From Fonticula alba ATCC 38817 (taxonomy: Eukaryota > Protista > Nucleariida), in assembly GCA_000388065.2 (NCBI GenBank), contig KB932201.1: a stretch of 16,601 nucleotides of DNA; one strand, 5' to 3'. The position numbers and the translations under genes are program-made. The notes beneath the pieces are model-generated. The model searched no databases. It was not told where the DNA came from and saw only the letters and a list, made by a program, of their open reading frames with translations. This document shows positions 9,588 to 16,601 of this stretch, one piece after another (within the stretch, counting starts at the first letter, position 1; the number at the start of each line of letters is the position of its first letter).

Positions 9588-10939
9588 TCCTCTCTCTCCC
9601 CACCTTACCACCTCCCCCCTCACCTTCTTCGCTCTTCAGACTCCTGCCCGGCTACATTGTGGCCGGTTTCATCAAGCGCTTCGCCCGTCTGGCTCTGACT
9701 GCCCCCCCGTCGACGGCCATTGCTCTGCTGGTGTTCGTGTATAACCTTCTCAAGCGGCATCCCTCATGCATGGTGCTTCTCCACCGCCCATCGAGCACCA
9801 GTGCGTGTTCTTGCTCGAGTGTTCCCCGGAGGGGAGCGAGCACCTTTCACCGGGTCCTGGCTCATGATTCTGCCCTTCCATTGCATCCGCTCCTTTTGTC
9901 CTCAATCATGTGTCTATCCTCTTCTAACCCCCTTCTTCGCGGCCGCCTGCTCTCAGGCAACCCCGGCGAGGATGTCTACAACACCGAGGAGCCGGCCCTG
10001 GACAAGTGCCGTGCCATTGACTCGTCCCTCTGGGAGTTGCATGCCATGCGGTCGCACTACTCGCCGACCGTGTCGAACTTTGTCAAGAATTTCATGGAGC
10101 CTCTGCGCCGGTCGTCGCTGGATCTGGCCCAGAACCTGGAGAGCACTTATGAGAGCGTACGTTGTCCAAGAAGAGACACGGGGCAAGAGAGGGGGAGAGA
10201 CGGGCAAAGGAGAAAGTCAGAAAGAGAAGAACTTTGTCAAGAATTTCATGGAGCCTCTGCGCCGGTCGTCGCTGGATCTGGCCCAGAACCTGGAGAGCAC
10301 TTATGAGAGCGTACGTTGTCCAAGAAGAGACACGGGGCAAGAGAGGGGGAGAGACGGGCAAAGGAGAAAGTCAGAAAGAGAAGAGGAAAAGCCAATCTAA
10401 CACCCTCGGTCCCCCGCCCCCTCCCCTGCTTTGCCGCCATCCATCCTCCTGCAACACGTTCTTGTCATTTGCTTGGTGCCCTTCGGCTCTCCGGGTAATG
10501 GCGACTTCCTTCTGTCCCTTCGGGGGATGGTCGTCTTGGCTCTTTCCAGCTCTTTGAGGCGGAGTTCCGCCGCAAGAAGGCCGATCAGGTGCCGGTCACC
10601 TTCGAGCGGGGTGTTGGCCTCCTACCGAAGACCGGGCTGCTTACGCTGTCTTTCTTCCAGGAGACTGACGTCGCGGCGCCGGCCTTTGCGGCGGTTGCCG
10701 CGACCGAAGTGTCGGCCCTGATTCAGTCTTCGATTGAGGCCACCGACAAGGAGGCCCTCGAGGCGGCCGAGCGTGCCATCCAGGAGGGCAATGTTTCGGA
10801 CTTGACTGACAGCGAGGAGCACGCCGGCGATGCAGCGGGCTCGGACTCGGACTCCGAGCTGGATGAGGTCACCCTTCGTGGCCTGGCGCCGACGCTGGAG
10901 GTTAGCTCCGACGAGGGGGCCGCCTCGGACAGCGATTGA
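7754..10939 (+). CDS. NOC4: Nucleolar complex protein 4 (CBF/Mak21 family; SSU processome, Nop14 partner), 688 aa; join(7754-7975,8069-8622,8773-8918,9078-9471,9640-9800,9957-10156,10550-10939)
   Basis: GT..AG junctions are in phase and the CDS totals 2067 nt. Noc4 hallmark motifs: YPDLRYF; LALLSLDSIYILMLKHNIEYPDFYNRLYSL; KYRARFLTLTDLYLQS; LPGYIVAGFIKRFARLALTAPP; YNLLKRHPSCMVLLHR; CRAIDSSLWELHAMRSHYSPTV; YESLFEAEF..VPVTFE. Intron 1 (93 nt, GTACAT donor) is the least certain. Confidence 0.92.
10075..10384 (+). repeat. Perfect 154-bp tandem duplication covering the 3' end of NOC4 exon 6, its donor site and the start of intron 6
   Basis: 10075-10230 is repeated base for base at 10229-10384, with a GA overlap at the junction. 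GTACGT donors lie at 10157 and 10311. Confidence 0.95.
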
Positions 10940-11751
10940 TCTGCCTGCCCATCCGCTCGCTACCCCTGCGTTACCCGTCGTCCCCCCCTCCACCCCTTCC
11001 TTCCCCGTTCCCCCCATGGATTGATGAAGATTTGTCCTTCGCTTTGTTCGCACTTCCATGATATTTTAAGCAGGAGCTATACACACACACAAATATTCAT
11101 GTGCACCCCCCTCCTCCTGCTGTAGACGCCCTCCTCCTCCTCCTCTTCCCTCCTTTCCATGTTCCATGTTCTTGTCAACCATGCGTGTGCACACATACTC
11201 TCCCATAAACCGCTGAAAGTCGATCCCCTTCCCCTTGCTCATCACTCTCTCTCTCTCTCTCTCTTTCTTGTCCCCTCTGTGTCTCTCTTCCTCGCCAGGT
11301 CTCAAACATGTGTGTGCGCTCTGGGAGGCTGGGTGCGGTTGAACAAGGTATCTGTCCACGTGATCTCCGAGTGGGGATCGCCTTGTATCTCTCCCCGGCT
11401 GTTGGCCGGCCGGTTGGCTGGCTCTCTTGCTCACGCGCCTTCTTCCGTTCATGAGGCCCCCTCTCCAGGGACGCCTCTCAGCTCCATCTCAGGAGAGAGC
11501 CCCATCTACCTGATCGTGCTTGGCTCTGCTATCACCCTTTCCATTCCCCCCCCCCCCCCCTCCCCGCCCCCGCCCCCGCCCCCGCCCCCGATCCAACCTG
11601 CTTGCTTTTCCCCATCTCCCTTTGCCCACCTCTTGTAAGCCATTCATGAAGCCTGCCCTTTCTTGGATTCGTCCATCGAGTGCGTTGTCTTTCCCACCTC
11701 TTTCTTTGTCCCCCCCATTCGCCACGCTAATTCCGACATGCGCGTGTGTAG

Positions 11752-12335
11752 CCGGCCAGCAGGTGCTCCTCTCATCGGCTTGGTCGATCGGGGGACGATT
11801 GGCCAGTTTGGTCAGCCGCTCGGCGGTGCGGCCGGAGGATGGCAGCAGAGCCGAGCCCCCATTGGACCTTGACCACTTGGCAGCCCTGTCGAGCCTGGAC
11901 TTGGGGGCCATGCTCCGGGCGGACCGGGACTCCCTGCCTGCGCTTGAATCGGCGGCCGATTTGCGCCGGCATTTTGAGGATCGCATCCGCCAGGACATTG
12001 CCCAAATTCGCCAATGGACCAAGTCCGCGCAGGCTGCCGCCGAGGAGCTTCCCCCGGAGGTCGGCCATCAGGCTCTGGTCGATCGGCTGTTGAGGCATGA
12101 TGTCGCCCGAGCCTTGCCGTTTGATTTGCTGGAGGACCCCGCGGTGTGGACGGGGTCCGGCAAGACCGGCGACGCCAGTCCTTCGGAGTTGCCAGGGCTG
12201 CCCAGCCGGCGGACTGGTCTACATGTGGATCCGGTGGAGCATGCGGCATTGTCGGCCGGCAGGTATGTGCTGGCCTCGTTGCCGGTGGCCACGGCTGGTG
12301 CCGGGAGTTTTGGTGATGAGGAGGATGAGGGCTAG
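11752..12335 (+). CDS. Hypothetical protein, probable terminal exon of a short gene whose upstream exons (about 11299-11515) are unresolved
   Basis: The frame is open to TAG at 12333-12335 with coding-like, non-repetitive codons (LDLDHLAALSSLDLGAMLRAD..DLRRHFEDRIRQDIAQIRQW..FGDEEDEG). Upstream lie a poly-C intron tract (11546-11560), a GCTAAT branch-like site (11726) and AG acceptors at 11750-51 and 11758-59. Candidate donors are at 11348 and 11516. No family recognised. Confidence 0.55.
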
Positions 12336-12679
12336 CATTTTTCTCCCTTCCCCCCGCCCCCCTGTCTATAGATGTGTGTATGCATTTGTCTCTTCGTTGT
12401 TTGTCTTTTCTTGGACATCTCTATGCACGCAATATGGCCCATGCCATGGATTCGGGGGAGTTCTCATCGAGGGGTTTCGTATTTATTTTTAATTGGCGTG
12501 GTCGAACAAGGGCAGGGAAAAGCGCACGCGTTTGTGTGTTGAAAAGGAGGAGGCCGAGCATGCGGGATACCACTCGCGGGTGGGTGGGGAGATAGGAGGG
12601 GGGGGGGGACGGGGGATGGGGTGGAAGGTGCGTCAGCGCGCGAGGAGTGCTTGCCTCGTGCGCCCACTCGCATGGTCGC

Positions 12680-13250
12680 TTAGGGGGAGATGCCAGGGCC
12701 AATCCAGCCAGTGCGCTGGGGAGCAATGAGAGGGTTGGCCTGAGCAAGGTAGCAGATGGCCCACCTATGAAGGGGCAGAAGACGAGAGTGGCCGGGGGGG
12801 GGTTGGGGGCCCAGGTCAGTAAAAAGGGGGCAAAAGGAGGACAGGGCGAGAAAGTGGGCATGAGCGAAGCAAGAGGGCCGGATGCTTCCGGCCAAGGAAC
12901 AGAGGACAGAGCATGAGCATACATCAGGTAGAGACACATGCCGGTGGCAACGGCCATCGCATAGCCAACACTGCGACGTGGGAGGGAAGGAAGTTAGTAA
13001 CTGTGTCTGAGCGAGGGAGAAGAAGATGGGAGGGGCAAAGCCGGGTGGGGGGAGGGGGAGAGAGATAGTCACGCAGGAGCCAGCCGGCAGGCAGGGCGAG
13101 CGGAGGGAGAGCGGAGGAAGAAAGGGACGAGACATACCCGCGGTTGTTGGGGGAGATTTTGCCCCAAGGCGCGGAGATAATGAAGCAGGCCAGCCCGGTG
13201 AGGGCGGCGAAGACGAAGAACATCCAAACGACGGCGACAGCGGAGGCCAT
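12680..13250 (-). CDS. VMA9: V-type proton ATPase V0 subunit e (Vma9/ATP6V0E family), 81 aa; complement(join(12680-12764,12923-12970,13138-13250))
   Basis: Spliced protein: MASAVAVVWMFFVFAALTGLACFIISAPWGKISPNNRGVGYAMAVATGMCLYLMWAICYLAQANPLIAPQRTGWIGPGISP. It has two hydrophobic helices plus the family motif C.YLMWAI.YLAQ.NPLI.P. Donors are GTATGT and GTATGC, the branch point is TACTAAC, and the start context is GCCACCATGG. Confidence 0.92.
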
Positions 13251-14737
13251 GGTGGCTGCGCATGCGCACGCACACGCAGGCGGGCAAGGAAGACAGGGGG
13301 GGGGGGGAGAGACAAAGGTGTGTGGCGGTCAGCACCGGGGGCTGGGGCTTGTGCCGGGCGTGGGATACACGCGCGGGTGGGTCACGGCTGAGGGGAGGAG
13401 CGGGCGAGGATGACAGGGCACAAAGAGGCGTGGGGGGGGGGCAGCGAGGTACATGTGGTTGGAGGAGAGGAGGGGGGGGGGGCGACAGAAACAGTGGGGG
13501 GATCACGGAGGGTGTCTGGTGGATGCCGGGGCCGGGTGCCGTCGAGGCGGCATCTCTTCGCCTCTGAGAGGGGGCTCTCGGCAGCAAGGTGAAACCCTCT
13601 TCGGAGCCAAGGTGAGGGACGGGGGCGCCAGCGAGGCCTGGAGCCAGAACCAGGCCACCTGCTTGGCTCCGGGTCCCTGCGAGCGGGTCACAGCCACGAC
13701 GGTTCGTTGGCCCCCGGGGGCGCCCCACACAGACACACACACACGCCGGTGTCCTCTTGCCCTGGCAAGAGGCGGCGGTTTCGGCGGCGGGTGGGCCGGG
13801 GGGGGGGGGGGGGGGGTCAACAAGTTGGGCGGGGGCTATTATTCTTTCAGCCGGGCCACCAAAGGGGCGCGGCGGGGCCGGGCCGGGCGGCGGAGAGACC
13901 TCAGCTGCCTGGGGCGGGCCCAGTCTTGGGGGTCCCCGTGCGCGGTGGGCCAGTCACCAGGTCTCAAGTGGGTCACTCTCGTCTTCCTGCAGGGCCAAAA
14001 ACAAACAACGATCTGAGAGCCGCCGTGCGCGCCCCGGCCCACGGTCCGAGGGTTCCATGGCCAGCTGCCCTGCGGTCTGCTGGCCACACTGCCACCACCG
14101 CCGCCGCCGCCGACAGCGTGGTGCAGCGCCGTGTGTGGTACCTGCCTTTTTCGTTGTCCAAAAGGCGATTTTGAGGTCGCCCAGATTCAGGCCACGGACA
14201 CCGGCCCCCCCCCCCCCTCTCGGCTCAATGCCGTGTGACTTGGACGCGCGGGATAGGCGTGTATGGGCGTGTGTAAATGCGGAGGGGGGTGCTTCCGCGC
14301 GCACGTATGCCACCCCGCGCCAAGGTCCGGCAGAGGGGGGGGCGGAAATTCACGACGAGGTGTGTATTTTCCGCAGGGAGAACCCGTGAGCCAGGCATAA
14401 TAGTATTCTCGGTCATGTCCCTTAAATGTACGTATGGGCTGTAACATGATAGGCCGGGACGATCCTGCCCGCTCAATTGGCAGCCGCGACCTGCGCCCCT
14501 CCCCCCCGCCCCCACATGAAGACTGGGACCACCCGGGAAACAAGAGGGCGCGCCACTCCTTTCGGGGGAATTTAGTTTGATCAGCTCGCTCCTGTTCTCT
14601 CTCCCCTTTCCATATTCCCCCCCCCCCCCCTGAGCCCACTTCGTCTTCCTTTTGCCCTATCACCTACTCCAGCCCCCTTTCTGCCCGGTGACTCGTCCTT
14701 CTGGAGACTCTCCGAGAGTTGGCTCCCCTCTCCGCAC

Positions 14738-16499
14738 ATGAGGTAAGTGCCTCTCCCTTTCCAGCTTCCTTGCCTTCCCCGGTGCTGCCTGCTCGCTCCC
14801 CCCCTCTGGCACTTTCCTGCCGGCGCCACCGCGCGCCCTCCCCCACCCCATCCCGCTGGTTGCAGTCTTCTCACGCTCGTCCCCATCTCGGCCCATTTGC
14901 TTGCGAGCCAGGTTCTTCATCGATGATGTGGAGGTGATCTTCCCCTATTCATACATCTACCCGGAGCAGGCCCAGTACATGCACATGCTGAAGCGCACTC
15001 TGGACCAGCGCCGACTGGACCCGGAGGGCGGGGATCAGCCAGTGCATGTGGGTGGCAATGGCGGCCAGCCTGGCGCCCACGCCCTGCTCGAAATGCCCTC
15101 CGGCACGGGCAAGACCGTGACCCTGCTTTCTTTCCTGGTGTCCTATCAGGCGGTATGTTTCCCTCATTCTCCCGATGATGACCCGCGCTGGGTTTTTTCT
15201 TTTTTTTTCGCGTTTCCTTTCTCCTTGCTCCCACCCTCCTTGCCCTGTGTACGGGATCGACCTTGCTCCGCCTCTCACTTTTCTCCGGCACTGCTCATCC
15301 CCTGCCATGCAAACGGGCGACCACACACGTGCACGCGCACGCGCACGCGCACGCGCACGCGCACGATGCCCAACCGCAGCACTACCCCCTGACGACACCG
15401 ACGATTGTGTACTGCACGCGAACCATCCCCGAAGTGGAGAAGACCCTGCACGAGCTGCGCACCTTGATGGCCTACCGGGCGGAGATTCTGCGCGAGGAGG
15501 GGGGCGATCCTCTTCAGACGGTTGGCCATCCGGCACACGCTGCTGCTCGGGCCCGGCTCCAGGCGGCCCTCGGCCAACCGGAGGAGGCCGGCGATGCCCT
15601 GCCGGAGGCGGACGCCCTGCCGATCGGGGCCCCGGCCACGCTGGGTCGATTTACGGCCGTTGGTCTCACTTCGCGACGGAACCTTTGCATCCATCCGAAG
15701 GTTGTGGCGGCCGGCATCGCGGCGGCCGGGGCGGCCAGCGCGGCAGCAGGTGCCCAAGACCAGGTTGCCGTGGCGGCTGCGGCCCCGGCGGCCGTGGTGG
15801 ACGCGCGATGCGCCTCGCGCGTGGCTCCGTGGGTCCGGCGTCGACATGCCCAGTGGGAAGCTCGGCGCCGCACGCAGCCCCCTCCCATCGAGGGGGAGCC
15901 CACGCGCGACATCGAGGAGGAGCCGCCCTCCTGCGTCTACTACGAGGTATGTCCCTTTGACGGGGCGCTCGGTCTTCTCTGTCACCGTCCTCTCTTTTCT
16001 GTGTGCCTCCCTTTGGGTCTTTGTTTTGGGGAGTATTTCTAACCACCTTCCGCATGGCATGCGGTCTTGGTGTTTTGTAGAACTTGGCTGCCTTGGCCGA
16101 GGCCGGGCAGGCACACCCGGGTCCTGGGGTACACTCGCTTGAGGACCTGCTGACCAAGGGCCGTGAGCGCCGAGCATGCCCGTACTATACGGCTCGGGGA
16201 ATGGTATGTCACCCGGCGGCCCGGGGCACTGGCCAGTGTGTTGCCAAGCACTAACACGCAATGCCGCCTTTGCGTCAGATTGCCCATGCTTCGATCATCG
16301 TCCACTCGTATGCGTACCTGATTGATCCGCGTGCATCGGCGCCGGTGACGTCGCAATTGCCCAGCTCGGCGATCGTCGTCCTGGATGAGGCCCACAACTT
16401 GGATTCCTCATGCACCGGCGTCCTTAGCGTGGACATCACGCGCGAAACGCTCGACCGAAGTGTCGAGGCCATCACCGCACTGGAGACCCGGGTGTCAGA
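14738..16499 (+). CDS. ERCC2: TFIIH Fe-S DNA helicase XPD/Rad3, 5' partial; join(14738-14742,14912-15152,15380-15946,16081-16203,16279-16499,...), continuing beyond the window
   Basis: XPD-specific N-terminus [25 protein letters not shown]; Walker [11 protein letters not shown]; motif Ia [13 protein letters not shown]; four Fe-S cysteines (SRRNLC, VDARC, SCVYYE, ACPYY); DEAH box [10 protein letters not shown]. Donors are GTAAGT, GTATGT and GTGCGT, with a CACTAAC branch point in intron 4. Confidence 0.95.
15331..15365 (+). repeat. (GCACGC)n hexamer repeat in XPD intron 2
   Basis: Five full copies plus a partial copy. Confidence 0.9.
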
Positions 16500-16601
16500 G
16501 TGCGTGGCCGGGCCGGCTGGGACCTTCGTCGGCCGTTTGTTGTTGCTTCACCTCCCTCTCCCCCCCTCTCTCTTTCTCCCCGTTGCCCCCCCCTCCCCCC
16601 C

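Noticed and set aside
10075-10384. The duplication, or the intronic tandem repeats, as a CRISPR array or mobile element
   Set aside because: There are only two abutting copies with no unique spacers, no terminal inverted repeats or transposase, and the context is eukaryotic. The other repeats are simple microsatellites.
12148-12168. TGSGKT in the orphan ORF, resembling a Walker A motif
   Set aside because: It lacks G/A at the first position of [AG]xxxxGK[ST], has no preceding hydrophobic strand, and has no Walker B.
14385-14455. Minus-strand MLQPIRTFKGHDREYYYAW, reminiscent of a WD40 'RTFKGH' start
   Set aside because: The match is short and isolated, with no following WD repeat or supporting exon structure.
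15175-15181. Box C-like ATGATGA in XPD intron 2 (also GTGATGA at 2111) as a possible C/D snoRNA
   Set aside because: No box D (CTGA) lies at a suitable distance with terminal pairing.
1-16601. Dozens of 60-330 aa ORFs in the six-frame track
   Set aside because: Most are antisense or off-frame shadows of real exons, or read through microsatellites. High GC makes stops rare, and their products are Arg/Pro/Gly low-complexity sequence with no recognisable motifs.
1-16601. tRNA, rRNA or spliceosomal snRNA genes
   Set aside because: By eye I found no cloverleaf with a T-loop (GTTCRA), no rRNA signature, and no U1/U2/U5/U6 hallmark sequence.

Overview
Eukaryotic, GC-rich, intron-rich genomic DNA with microsatellite-filled introns and one 50-N gap (2014-2063); it is not prokaryotic. 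I rebuilt the gene models by hand from GT..AG junctions, CTRAC/CTAAC branch points and reading-frame continuity. Four genes are recognisable: (1) an Afi1/MesA-like DENN-related polarity protein (+, 2845-7148, 10 exons, 914 aa) carrying an inserted EVH1/WH1-like domain; (2) NOC4, CBF/Mak21 family (+, 7754-10939, 7 exons, 688 aa); (3) V-ATPase V0 subunit e (-, 13250-12680, 3 exons, 81 aa); (4) the 5' part of XPD/RAD3/ERCC2 (+, from 14738, running off the window). There is also a probable orphan gene (terminal exon about 11752-12335) and weak evidence for a minus-strand gene in 1-1300. Gene content and intron style suggest a unicellular opisthokont such as Fonticula; this is inference only. Most listed six-frame ORFs are GC-rich shadow frames. 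I found no clear multi-gene novel system. The best leads are the EVH1-like insert with an adjacent LPPPP ligand-like motif in the Afi1/MesA protein, the all-3n introns and 154-bp exon/intron duplication in NOC4, XPD introns at human positions, and recurrent motifs and structures in the intergenic DNA.
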